Of a DNA stretch of 56,001 nt, positions 19,177 to 28,295 are shown piece by piece. Under the pieces are notes generated by a model, which was given only the letters and a program-made list of their open reading frames with translations, was not told the origin of the DNA and made no database searches. The stretch is from IMG/VR virus record IMGVR_UViG_3300020057_000388, positions 1 through 56,001 of that record; one strand, written 5' to 3'. Origin of the DNA: a virus. Its lineage: Duplodnaviria > Caudoviricetes. The position numbers and the translations under genes are program-made. The number at the start of each line of letters is the position of its first letter. Position 1 is the stretch's first letter.

Positions 19177-19418
19177 GACGCTTCAAAAAAGTTGCGTGCC
19201 GGCCGGGGCACGGTGGGAAAAATTCCGGTGATGGGGATGCGCGAGCGCGGCAAGGGCGGCCGGACGAAAGCACACCCCGTCGCCAGCACTGAGGCGAACA
19301 CACTCCAAGCGGCCATCCACAAGAGCGTTGAGAGTGGGTCAACCCTCCACACTGACGAGCACGGCGGCTATCATGGTATCGGCGGCCTCTTCTACGATCA
19401 CCACACCGTCAGCCATGA
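19177..19418 (+). pseudogene. IS1595/ISXO2-family transposase internal fragment
   Basis: KKLRAGRGTVGKIPVMGMRER...GSTLHTDEHGGY...HHTVSH, with no start or C-terminus. Confidence 0.8.
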
Positions 19419-19462
19419 GCCCCCTTCCTTCTGTTTCTTTGTGACGTCGCAATGGCCCCCCT

Positions 19463-19990
19463 ATGCCGACAATCGAAAAACTATACGCCGGCATGCTAGA
19501 CGCCACTGCAAATGGCAAGAGCCACGGTATTGGGCGGGAAGACTGCGAATTCGCAGAGTATGCCCTTACGCAGGTGGATCGACTTCGTGCCGGCCTCCTT
19601 TCTCTCGGGGGGAGAGAAAAAGACGTTCAGGGTGTTTTACGAAAGCTGCGCCAGGGGGCGGCTTCGTATCGGCGTCGAGCGCGTCATGCGAAGGCGAGGA
19701 ACGCCTCCGTACAAAAGTACGGCGTTAGCTTTCGCCAACGGGTCGCCGAGCGCGATGGACTGAAGTGTAAAGTCTGCGGGTTCGACGTGACCGTTCACGC
19801 ACATCACATCGTTCCGATATCGGAAGATGGACCGGATGAATCAGAGAACGGCATCATGCTCTGCCCTCATTGCCATTCATTGGCGCACGCCGGAAGGCTC
19901 ACGGCCCAAAGTCTCTATGCCTTGATCAGCGTCACATCAGCCCATGGCGCTAGTTCTGTCATCGGGAATGAAGCTAGTTGTGGCGTCTGA
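19463..19990 (+). CDS. HNH endonuclease
   Basis: RDGLKCKVCG...HAHHIVP...NGIMLCPHCH. Confidence 0.85.
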   Translation: MPTIEKLYAGMLDATANGKSHGIGREDCEFAEYALTQVDRLRAGLLSLGGREKDVQGVLRKLRQGAASYRRRARHAKARNASVQKYGVSFRQRVAERDGLKCKVCGFDVTVHAHHIVPISEDGPDESENGIMLCPHCHSLAHAGRLTAQSLYALISVTSAHGASSVIGNEASCGV

Positions 19991-20768
19991 CACTGGGGGT
20001 CAGGTCCGCGAGTCCGTTGGTGGTCGACCTGAAGTGGCACTCGACCTAACCCAGCTCTACAAGTTGGCGCTTCGCGCATCGACGGTCGCTGACGTGGCGC
20101 AATGGTTCTGCGTCTCCGAGCGAACGGTCTACCGACGACTGCTGGAGGAGCCCTACGCTTCTATCTGGGCGCGAGGGCAGGCAGAGGCGAAGGTCAGCGT
20201 GCGCGCGGCCCTCTTTGGGATGAAGGATACCAACGCGACCGCGGCGATCTTCCTCGCGAAGAATCTCTGCGGGATGACGGATAAGGTCGCCCACGAGCAC
20301 GCCGGCCCCGGTGGCGGGCCGATCGCAATGGTGACGACGTACGCCGACCTAGCTCGCGAAGCCGAGGCGCTGATTCGCAAGGGGGTGCGAATCGAAGGCT
20401 ACGACTACATTGACGGGGAGCTAGTGCCGAATGACGAGGGCGAGGACACCCGAGGATCAGAAGATCATCAACCACCTGACCAACAAGCAACGCCCGGAAT
20501 GGTGGGTCGAGACGCACCTATCGGGGAAGCTCTGGCCGAAGCAGGTAGAGATCCTGCGCTCGATCAAGAAGAATCGACGCACGGCGGTGCGCTCGTGCCA
20601 TGGCGCGGGCAAGACGCACTTGGCAGCGAGAGCGGCCCTGCAGTTCGGGTGCTGTCACCCGTACAGCATCGTGATCACGACAGCGCCGACGGGGCGCCAG
20701 GTGCGGAAGCTGCTGTGGCAGGAGCTGCGGAAGGCGCACTCGACAGCGCTTCGGCCGTTGGGTGGTAA
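19968..20768 (+). CDS. terS: Terminase small subunit
   Basis: HTH-like N-terminus, AAIFLAKNLCG, EHAGPGGGPI; directly upstream of terL; start uncertain. Confidence 0.75.
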   Translation: MKLVVASDTGGQVRESVGGRPEVALDLTQLYKLALRASTVADVAQWFCVSERTVYRRLLEEPYASIWARGQAEAKVSVRAALFGMKDTNATAAIFLAKNLCGMTDKVAHEHAGPGGGPIAMVTTYADLAREAEALIRKGVRIEGYDYIDGELVPNDEGEDTRGSEDHQPPDQQATPGMVGRDAPIGEALAEAGRDPALDQEESTHGGALVPWRGQDALGSESGPAVRVLSPVQHRDHDSADGAPGAEAAVAGAAEGALDSASAVGW

Positions 20769-21825
20769 GCTCAACCTCACCGACCTGACGTTCGAGGATG
20801 GGTGGTACCTGTTCGGGTTCGCGACTGACGACCCGACGAGCTTTCAGGGCGTCCACCCGTCGAGCGGTCACATTCTGATCATCGTCGACGAGGCAAGCGG
20901 CGTCGCGGATGAAATCTGGGAAGCCATCGACGCGGTCATGTCGTCGGGTGGCGCCCGGCTGCTGAGCATCGGCAACCCAACCGATCCTAACAGCCGCTTC
21001 GCTCAAGAGTTCAAAACCCCCGGCGTCGAGAAAATCAAAATCACGGCGTTCGATACGCCGAACCTGCAGGGCAACGGTATCGTCATCCCTGGCCTGGTCA
21101 CACAGGAATGGGTCGACGACATCGCCGCACGCTACGGCGAGGAGTCATCGTTTTACATCAGCCGCGTGCTGGCTGACTTCCCCGAGCTGGGCGACGACAC
21201 GTTGTTCCCGCTCTCGTGGATCGAGCGCGCCATGGCCCGAGAGATCGAGCCCAAGGCGACCGACCCGAAGGGGCTCGGCGTCGACGTCGCACTGTACGGG
21301 GGCGACGAAACCGTCATCGCGACCCGGCATGGACCGCGGGTGCGCCTGGTCGAGTGCTACCGGAACCAGGATACGATGGCGACCGCCGGTCGGGCGAAGA
21401 TATGGCGCCGCGACTTCGGAGCCGAGGTGATCGGCGTGGACGCCAACGGCATCGGCGCCGGGGTGCACGATAAGCTGATCGAGGAAGGGGAACCGTCCGA
21501 GCCGATCAACGTCGGCACACGCGCCCACGACCCCGAGCGGTACTTCAACCGCCGCAGCGAATTGTATTGGGCGGTGCGCGAGCGTCTGAAGTCGGGCGAC
21601 TGCGATCTGCCGCAGGATGATCTGCTGTGCGCGCAAATGTCGGCGATCCGCTACCGCGTGAACGGGAAGGGTCAGATTCAAGTCGAGAGCAAGGACGACA
21701 TGCGCAAGCGCCTGAAGCACCGCGCCGGGGTGAACAGCCCTGACCGTGCGGATGCCGTGGTGCTGGCCTACGCAGCGCGGTCGTCGTCGCTCATCAGCAT
21801 CGACAACGCGATTTCGTTTGGGTGA
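20431..21825 (+). CDS. terL: Terminase large subunit
   Basis: Walker A SCHGAGKT, Walker B IIVDEA, GNP, nuclease GVDVA and SPDRADA. Confidence 0.95.
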   Translation: MTRARTPEDQKIINHLTNKQRPEWWVETHLSGKLWPKQVEILRSIKKNRRTAVRSCHGAGKTHLAARAALQFGCCHPYSIVITTAPTGRQVRKLLWQELRKAHSTALRPLGGKLNLTDLTFEDGWYLFGFATDDPTSFQGVHPSSGHILIIVDEASGVADEIWEAIDAVMSSGGARLLSIGNPTDPNSRFAQEFKTPGVEKIKITAFDTPNLQGNGIVIPGLVTQEWVDDIAARYGEESSFYISRVLADFPELGDDTLFPLSWIERAMAREIEPKATDPKGLGVDVALYGGDETVIATRHGPRVRLVECYRNQDTMATAGRAKIWRRDFGAEVIGVDANGIGAGVHDKLIEEGEPSEPINVGTRAHDPERYFNRRSELYWAVRERLKSGDCDLPQDDLLCAQMSAIRYRVNGKGQIQVESKDDMRKRLKHRAGVNSPDRADAVVLAYAARSSSLISIDNAISFG

Positions 21826-21840
21826 CAAGGGGGTGAGGGG

Positions 21841-22044
21841 ATGGGACGCAACGCACGCAAGCAGTACCGCACGGGCAAGCTGCCCTGTGGGCACGCGTAC
21901 CGGATCAACACCAAGTCGACGCCGATCGGAACGCTGATTCAGCGCTGCAACGGCTGCGTCCGCGACCTGAAGGCAGCGACCGGCGAGGGCACCACGATCG
22001 CCGAGCGCGAGCTATACTTCATCGAGAACCGAGCCGCGGCGTAA
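21841..22044 (+). CDS. Hypothetical protein
   Basis: GAGGGG SD; stop overlaps next start. Confidence 0.5.
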   Translation: MGRNARKQYRTGKLPCGHAYRINTKSTPIGTLIQRCNGCVRDLKAATGEGTTIAERELYFIENRAAA

Positions 22045-22520
22045 TGGGGGCGACAACCTACGCCGCACGCATCGCCAACGTGACGCAGCTGCGTACGCGG
22101 CAAGGGCCGCGCGTGTCGGTGGTGCTGAACCTCGACGCCGAAGCGACACCTGGCCTGGTCAGCGAGCTGAACAGCCTCTGGATGGAGCGGGACGTACAGG
22201 TCGCGCTCGTGGCCCCGCACGAGGGCCACAACCTCGGCAACATCCAAGCGGCTGTCATGCGCATGGACGAGCCGGCACCCGCGCCCGTGCCGTCAGTGTG
22301 TACCGATCAGGTCACGCTCGGGGGCTATGGAGCTCGCGCCGGGGAGCTGGCAGCGACGCAGCCTGACCGCCTCGCCCTGGTGGTCGATCTCGTCGGCCGC
22401 ATGCTGGGCACCCACGCGCACGTGACCGACATCGCCAAGACGACAGGCACCGCGGCGGTCGACATCGCCTGCGAGCTGATCGAGCACGCCGAGAAACGTC
22501 TGGCTGAGCGGGCTAGCTAA
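22044..22520 (+). CDS. Hypothetical protein
   Basis: TAATG coupling, phage-like codon usage. Confidence 0.6.
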   Translation: MGATTYAARIANVTQLRTRQGPRVSVVLNLDAEATPGLVSELNSLWMERDVQVALVAPHEGHNLGNIQAAVMRMDEPAPAPVPSVCTDQVTLGGYGARAGELAATQPDRLALVVDLVGRMLGTHAHVTDIAKTTGTAAVDIACELIEHAEKRLAERAS

Positions 22521-22627
22521 AGTGTCGCTCTACATCCTGAAGGTCCGCACCACCGGCACGGTGGACGGCTACACCACAGCCATCGTCGAAGCACTGACCG
22601 CGGTCGAGGCAGCGCTAGAGCTAGGCT

Positions 22628-22867
22628 GTGAGACCCATGACGGCCAAGCGGCATTGGATCATCGCCACCTTCGAGCGCCTGCCAGAGCTTGAGGTGTTCG
22701 AGCTGGAGCACTGGGCGTGCAAGAACTGCGATGACACCCACGTCGACGACTGGCAACTGGACCGCAATCAGACGCGGATACAGGTCGCCGGGGAAAGGCA
22801 TGTGGCAGAGCACGCGCCAGAGGACCGACACCCGATGCACTTTCCCGCACCGCACGTCACGCATTAA
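22628..22867 (+). CDS. Hypothetical protein, possibly cut short by the MTase insert
   Basis: CKNC motif; stop falls at the composition shift near 22865. Confidence 0.45.
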   Translation: MRPMTAKRHWIIATFERLPELEVFELEHWACKNCDDTHVDDWQLDRNQTRIQVAGERHVAEHAPEDRHPMHFPAPHVTH

Positions 22868-22896
22868 CAAACATGCTGGAAACGGATAGAGAACGA

Positions 22897-23949
22897 ATGA
22901 CCTATGCGCTACACCACGGCGACTGCATGGAGGTTATGCGGACGCTACCGGACAACTCCATCGATCTTGTGCTGACTGACCCGCCCTACTTCAAGGTCAA
23001 GGGCGACGATTGGGACAGGCAATGGGATAAGCCGGACGCCTTTCTCTCGTGGCTGGATGGTGTGGTGGAACAGTTCGTGCGCGTGTTGAAGCCGAATGGG
23101 AGCCTGTACCTGTTCGCCAGCCCGCAGATGGGTAGCCGCGTAGAAATGCAGATTGCCGTGCGCTTGAGCGTGCTGTGCAACATTCGATGGCGCAAGGAGC
23201 AGGGGTGGCATAATGGGGCATGTAAGGATGATTTACGCGGTTACTTCCCCGCCTCCGAAACAATCATCTTTGCCGAGCACTACGGCGCGGACAACATCGC
23301 CAAGGGTGGGGCGGGCTATGCGGCCAAGTGCGACGAGCTGCGGGGGTTCATCTTTGAGCCGTTGCGGGCTTATATCGCGGGCGAGTGGCAGCGCGCTGGC
23401 CTGACTTCGCGAGACGCCAACATCGCAACATCCAGCCAGATGGCGGGCCACTACCTGAGCCGCGTTCAGTGGAGGCTGCCTACGCGCGAGAAGTACGAAC
23501 AGCTTCGCGCCTATGCCAACCGCCAAGGCGGCGAGTATTTGCGCAAGGACTACCATTATTTGCGCAAGGACTACCATGAATTGCGCAAGGATTACGAGGA
23601 CTTGCGCAAGGACTACCATGAATTGCGCAAGGATTACGAGGACTTGCGGCGACCGTTCGCAGTCACCGCTGATGTCCCCTATACCGACGTTTGGGACTTC
23701 CCCACGGTGCAGGCATACAGGGGCAAGCACCCATGCGAGAAGCCGCAGGCGCTGTTGCGGCACATCATCGCGGCCAGTTCCAAGCCTGGCGCTGTAGTGC
23801 TTGACGCATTCGCGGGATCGGCCAGCACTGGTATCGCATGTCAGGCGATGGGCCGCTCGTTTATCGGGATCGAGAAGGATGCGGGCTATTACGCCAGTGC
23901 AACCGAACGGCTGTTTGATCGCCAAGAATCACTACTGGCAGCGGCATGA
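22897..23949 (+). CDS. Beta-class N4/N6 DNA methyltransferase
   Basis: HHGDC, TDPPY, HPCEKP, LDAFAGSAST. Confidence 0.93.
   Translation: MTYALHHGDCMEVMRTLPDNSIDLVLTDPPYFKVKGDDWDRQWDKPDAFLSWLDGVVEQFVRVLKPNGSLYLFASPQMGSRVEMQIAVRLSVLCNIRWRKEQGWHNGACKDDLRGYFPASETIIFAEHYGADNIAKGGAGYAAKCDELRGFIFEPLRAYIAGEWQRAGLTSRDANIATSSQMAGHYLSRVQWRLPTREKYEQLRAYANRQGGEYLRKDYHYLRKDYHELRKDYEDLRKDYHELRKDYEDLRRPFAVTADVPYTDVWDFPTVQAYRGKHPCEKPQALLRHIIAASSKPGAVVLDAFAGSASTGIACQAMGRSFIGIEKDAGYYASATERLFDRQESLLAAA
23539..23648. repeat. 21-bp in-frame tandem repeat (LRKDYxx x5) within the MTase
   Basis: TTGCGCAAGGA(C/T)TAC... unit at 23539, 23560, 23581, 23602, 23623. Confidence 0.9.
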
Positions 23950-23959
23950 GGCTAACGGC

Positions 23960-24109
23960 ATGACTTACGCGCTACACCACGGCGACTGCCTAGAGGTAAT
24001 GGCGGGGCTGCCGGATGCGAGCGTGGACTTAACCGTCACCAGTCCGCCATACGACAACCTGCGCACGTATAACGGGTTCACCTTTGACTTTGAGGGCATC
24101 GCCCGCGAG
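23960..24109 (+). pseudogene. Truncated second DNA methyltransferase (5' ~50 codons)
   Basis: MTYALHHGDC...TSPPYDNLRTYNGFTFDFEGIARE, then unrelated sequence; no SAM-binding motif. Confidence 0.8.
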
Positions 24110-24216
24110 GAAGTGCGCCGGCTGCAGGCAAGCCGCCTCAGTCACACGTCGGCGTCGTTCTGGTCGGGTGGCTCACGCGACAACGGCCGAGAGATTCAAG
24201 CAGCGAAGGAAGCAGA

Positions 24217-24573
24217 ATGGAGGGCGTACGGGTGCTGAAGGGGCAAGGCTCATTGTTCGGGCAGAACCCGATCGCGCACACGAACGACCCTGTGACGTCG
24301 CACCTGGCAGCCGACTACGTGACCCGCACCGGGAAGCGGGGCACGCACGTGACGCTCGTCGTCAACCTCGTGCGCGCCTATCCGGGCATGACCGCCTGCG
24401 AGCTGTGGCAGCTCGGGAGCGACCCCGACCGCCGCGAGCTGGGCGAGCTGCAAGAGATCCGCCGCCGGCTGACTGATGCAGACGCGGCCCTACTCGTGAA
24501 GCAGGGGCCAGCGCGGAAGTGCCGTGTTCGGGGATCAACGCAAGTGACGTGGTGGAGGGGTGATGCTGAGTAG
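24217..24573 (+). CDS. Phage winged-helix-like protein
   Basis: AHTNDPVTSHLAA...PGMTACEL...RRRLTD pattern. Confidence 0.7.
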   Translation: MEGVRVLKGQGSLFGQNPIAHTNDPVTSHLAADYVTRTGKRGTHVTLVVNLVRAYPGMTACELWQLGSDPDRRELGELQEIRRRLTDADAALLVKQGPARKCRVRGSTQVTWWRGDAE

Positions 24574-24627
24574 GTGCGGCTGTTCGGTGGCCGGCCATGC
24601 ACCGCGGTCCGCTTGGAGGATGCCTAA

Positions 24628-24804
24628 GTGCGCTGGCCTTGCTGTCACCGGCGCGCCATGGCCTGGATGCCAGACGCCGGGCAATTTGCGTGCCCCGTCT
24701 GTAGGCGCAGGCTGCGCGTGTTCCGCGGTTATTTGCCGCTCGCTAAATCGGCTGCGCCCCGCCCCCTACCCCACACGTGCCCACACGTGGAGCCGCTGAC
24801 ATGA
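24628..24804 (+). CDS. Small zinc-finger protein
   Basis: GGAGGA SD, GTG start, CC...CPVC; below the ORF-track cutoff. Confidence 0.45.
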   Translation: MRWPCCHRRAMAWMPDAGQFACPVCRRRLRVFRGYLPLAKSAAPRPLPHTCPHVEPLT

Positions 24805-25355
24805 ACCCAAGTCCAAGAAAGTACCCCATGGCGCATGCCGATGTCATTGCCACGGCGGTGGCAAGGCACATCTTCCCCTGGCGTCAATTCATTGTCGTGC
24901 CGAACGTCAGCTGGGGGCTGGTAAGCTGGGAAATGGACCTCGCGGTGCTGTCGGAAAGCGGAGTGCTGTACGAGGTCGAGATCAAGACCAGTAAGGCAGA
25001 CCTAAAGGCTGACGCCAGCAAGCGGAAGTGGAAATGCCCTGATTTTGGCCGTCGTATCGGCCATCATTACGTCGCCTTGCCTGTCGAGAAATACCATGAC
25101 ATGGGGCCGCTGGTCCCCGCCACGAGCGGCATCATCGCGGTGCCGCAATTCGGCAAGCCAGAGCTGCGCCGCAAGGCCGTGGCGAACCGCAGCGCCGAGA
25201 AGGTCAGCGATGCCGATCGTCAGCAATTGATGCGACTAGGGTGCATGCGCTACTGGGCGCGCCAAGACGCCTGCCACGCCATGCTTGAGGCGCTGCACGG
25301 CTTGGCGCTGCACTGCCCGCTGACTGCTACCCCACACTTGGAGCCGCTGACATGA
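24780..25355. repeat. 25-bp direct repeats flanking a one-gene cassette
   Basis: CCCACAC(G/T)TGGAGCCGCTGACATGA at 24780-24804 and 25331-25355 (24/25 identical). Confidence 0.85.
24801..25355 (+). CDS. MmcB-like PD-(D/E)XK nuclease-fold protein
   Basis: VPNVSWG...EMDL...YEVEIKTSKADLKAD. Confidence 0.75.
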   Translation: MNPSPRKYPMAHADVIATAVARHIFPWRQFIVVPNVSWGLVSWEMDLAVLSESGVLYEVEIKTSKADLKADASKRKWKCPDFGRRIGHHYVALPVEKYHDMGPLVPATSGIIAVPQFGKPELRRKAVANRSAEKVSDADRQQLMRLGCMRYWARQDACHAMLEALHGLALHCPLTATPHLEPLT

Positions 25356-25399
25356 GCAGTATTATTCACACGGGCGATGCGCTTGAGATCCTGCGCACA
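25352..25399 (+). pseudogene. N-terminal stub of another DNA methyltransferase
   Basis: MSSIIHTGDALEILRT, then loss of similarity. Confidence 0.55.
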
Positions 25400-25485
25400 A
25401 CACGTCGCACGAGAAGCGCTTCGGCCTGTCGTCCGACATCTACGAAGCCTGGTGTCAACCGCGCAAGGGTGGCGGCGTCACGCTG

Positions 25486-26319
25486 ATGGTGCTGCTCACG
25501 CGCAAGTCGTATTTGATCGACCGCAACCTGAGCGAGCAGGACGCCAACGACACCGCACGTTGGCTGACCTACTGGCTCGGCTTCCGGGGGATGCCGGCCA
25601 AGGTCGAGACGGCAAGCATGGATCTCGGCAACGGGCGCAGTCTGTCCCGTGCGTCGATCGCGCTGCCGCCGCAGCACTCGCAGTCGACCCCGAAGGGGGC
25701 ACGCCTGCCGGTCGCCTACATGGTCGAGAAGGTCGTGGCGATGGCGCGTGCGGGGCTGCGTGACTATGTGTCGGGCAGCTGGGTGCCGATGAACGACCCG
25801 ACGCCGCGGCACGGCCTGACGTTCAAGCATGACCCTGCCACGGCGCCTGTCGTGCGCCCGTTTACGATGCCGCTGAAGCCATCGCCGATGCCCAACCTGC
25901 TCCGCGATGCGCTCGCGCGATGCGCGGACGAGATGGTCGCCGAGGTCAAGGCAACCGTCGGTCGCGCGATCAAGGTCATGGCACCACGCACCGACCCGTT
26001 CAGTGACTACCTGTCGCGCGCGATGGCGAACGCTGGCCCCGTGCCTGGTCCGGCTGCCCGCACGCCGCTGACGCCCGCCCCGCCGACGGTCACCACCGGC
26101 GAACGCTGGGCGCAGCTGACAGCCACCTTCAAGGACGCACGCCACGCGACCGAGGATGCAATCACGATCATCCGAGGGCAGTGCGTGCAGGCTGGCTACC
26201 GCCTCGACTGGTCGCGGCTGGAAATCATGTCGCACACCAAGGGCGATGACGGCGTGACGCTCAGACTGCGAGCGCCGCTGCTGTCGGGTGGTGTGACGTC
26301 GCGCAAGGTCGGGCTGTGA
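25486..26319 (+). CDS. Hypothetical protein
   Basis: Long ORF with phage codon bias. Confidence 0.65.
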   Translation: MVLLTRKSYLIDRNLSEQDANDTARWLTYWLGFRGMPAKVETASMDLGNGRSLSRASIALPPQHSQSTPKGARLPVAYMVEKVVAMARAGLRDYVSGSWVPMNDPTPRHGLTFKHDPATAPVVRPFTMPLKPSPMPNLLRDALARCADEMVAEVKATVGRAIKVMAPRTDPFSDYLSRAMANAGPVPGPAARTPLTPAPPTVTTGERWAQLTATFKDARHATEDAITIIRGQCVQAGYRLDWSRLEIMSHTKGDDGVTLRLRAPLLSGGVTSRKVGL

Positions 26320-26444
26320 CGCCGGGGGTGTTTCTGATGCTCGTCGGTATCACGCTACTATCGCCACGCGCGGGCGTGATTATGCTTGCGGTGATCGTGT
26401 GGCGGTGCTGACGCAGGCGAGGTCGTGAACGCGCTACAGGTTCC

Positions 26445-26726
26445 CTAGCTAGCTTTTCGCTCGCGGGGCGCTGCGGCGTACTGCACCAACAGCGGCACAC
26501 CGCCGCGGTGTTCGGGATCACCGAGGACGGCATCAAGCGCGCTCGGGTCAGGGATTGGCTCGCCGTCCTCTCGCATGCCTTCGATATGGAACGCCAGCGC
26601 CTCGACGGCGCGTTCGTGGGCCTGCTGTAGCGTCTCGCCGACGGTGATGCACCCTGGAAAGTCGGGGAACATTACTCCGAAGTCGGAGTCAGGCTCTTTC
26701 CGTAGAATCGCAATGTAGGTCGTCAT
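26445..26726 (-). CDS. hicB: HicB-family antitoxin (short form)
   Basis: FGVMFPDFPGCITVGET...EALAFHIEGMREDGEPIPDPS. Confidence 0.92.
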   Translation of the reverse strand: MTTYIAILRKEPDSDFGVMFPDFPGCITVGETLQQAHERAVEALAFHIEGMREDGEPIPDPSALDAVLGDPEHRGGVPLLVQYAAAPRERKAS

Positions 26727-26744
26727 AGTAGCGGCTCCCTTCGC

Positions 26745-28295
26745 CTAGCGTATCTGTATCCCCGCCTGGCGTTCAATGCTGCGGTGCGTGCCTGGCGTCA
26801 CGTCCTTGACGGGGTGCGGCACCGTCACGCGGCCCGGCTTGGTCGGGTGCCGCAGGGAAGAAGAAATGACGAACCGACTCAAACGACTGGAGCTGACCTG
26901 GATCGGCAAGGATGAGCGGCCCCGGCTGGAGCCCCGCATTCTGCTCCCTGAGGCTTCGCTCGCGCACGTGTCGGCGACCAACGTTGGCCGACGCAGTGAT
27001 CACCTCGTCATCGAAGGTGACAACCTGCTCGCCCTGAAGGCCTTGGAGCAGGAGTTCGCTGGCAAGGTCAAGTGCATTTACATCGACCCCCCGTACAACA
27101 CCGGAAGCGCCTTCTTTACCTACGACGATGGTTTGGAACACAGCCTCTGGCTGTCCCTTATGCGCGCCCGCCTTGAGCTTCTTTGGAAACTGCTCACGCC
27201 GCGCAATGGGACCTTGCTCATCAGCATTAACGACGACGAATGCCACTACCTGAAAGTTCTTTGCGACGAGCTTTTCGGGCGCGACGCATTCTACTGCAGC
27301 TTCGTATGGAACTACGAAGGGAACACCGACAACCAGGCCAAGGTAATCAACTACCACGAATACGTACTCGCCTATTCCAAGTCTGGCGACATCGATGAGC
27401 CGAACGTCGTCGACCCCAATGTCGGCGCGGACAGCAAGCTCTTCCGCGCCGAAATCCGCAATACGGTCGTGAAGAACGGTCCGAAGAACCCGCCTGTAGC
27501 GGTTCGACTTCCTGCGGGATTTCCGGCGTCGTTTGACTCCGGGAGGGTAGCCCGAGAAGACGTCCAGTGGCCCAGATACGACCGAGATCTCCACGTCTCC
27601 GCGGGTAAACTGTCGAAGCCTGTTACGGCCACGTCCGGCTGGAGCTCTCGCAAGATCCTGGAGTCCTTTGTCGCCGCCGGCTTCAGCCCCGTGCTCGACA
27701 GCAAAGGGCAGGAGACGGTGTTCGAGATCACGCGAACGGGCGCTATCGAGGCTGTCAAAAAGCGGGAGCAACGCAAGGGTCATGTCGTCAGCGTTCTCCG
27801 TGGTTTCGGCACGACTAATCAGATGCGTCTAATGCTGGAGAGACTCGGGATCAGGTTCTCCTACCCGAAGCCGGTGGATCTCGTTGCGTACCTCATCGAG
27901 GTATTCAGCGGACCCGATGACATCATTCTCGACTCCTTCGCAGGCAGCGGAACCACTGGTCATGCAGTGCTGAAGATCAATGCCGAGCGGGGGAGCAATC
28001 GACGCTTCGTCCTTGTCGAACTTGACTCCGACACCGCACGGAGTGTCGTCGTACCCCGCCTGCGTGCGGCCGCCGACGGGCACGAAGGTGCTGGACTGTC
28101 AGGCTACGGAGGCGGCTTCCGCTTCTTCAAGCTCGCCCCCATCGCTGCTCGAGAAGGATAAGTGGGGCAACTGGATCGTCAGCAAGCAGTACCACCCCGA
28201 GATGCTCGCCGAGGCGATGTGCAAGCTCGAGGGCGCTGCGACACGACCTGCCAGCCATCCGCGTTCAGGTGCTTGAGCAGTTCCCGACTCGACAT
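26745..28295 (-). pseudogene. hicA: HicA toxin gene split by the mod insert
   Basis: 5' part 28295-28233 MSSRELLKHLNADGWQVVSQR; 3' part 26855-26745 LRHPTKPGRVTVPHPVKD...; GSH motif absent. Confidence 0.88.
26866..28161 (+). CDS. mod: Type III R-M methyltransferase (Mod), C-terminally truncated
   Basis: LELTWIGK, GDNLLALKAL, IYIDPPYNTG, PKP, LDSFAGSGTT; native tail continues in another frame after a C5 run at 28136-28140. Confidence 0.9.
   Translation: MTNRLKRLELTWIGKDERPRLEPRILLPEASLAHVSATNVGRRSDHLVIEGDNLLALKALEQEFAGKVKCIYIDPPYNTGSAFFTYDDGLEHSLWLSLMRARLELLWKLLTPRNGTLLISINDDECHYLKVLCDELFGRDAFYCSFVWNYEGNTDNQAKVINYHEYVLAYSKSGDIDEPNVVDPNVGADSKLFRAEIRNTVVKNGPKNPPVAVRLPAGFPASFDSGRVAREDVQWPRYDRDLHVSAGKLSKPVTATSGWSSRKILESFVAAGFSPVLDSKGQETVFEITRTGAIEAVKKREQRKGHVVSVLRGFGTTNQMRLMLERLGIRFSYPKPVDLVAYLIEVFSGPDDIILDSFAGSGTTGHAVLKINAERGSNRRFVLVELDSDTARSVVVPRLRAAADGHEGAGLSGYGGGFRFFKLAPIAAREG

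Noticed and set aside
23539-23648. ON/OFF phase-variation repeat in the MTase
   Set aside because: A 21-bp unit preserves the frame, so it can only change length.
15099-28161. Functional prophage-borne restriction systems
   Set aside because: No nuclease/helicase domain for the Type ISP and no res gene for the Mod are present.
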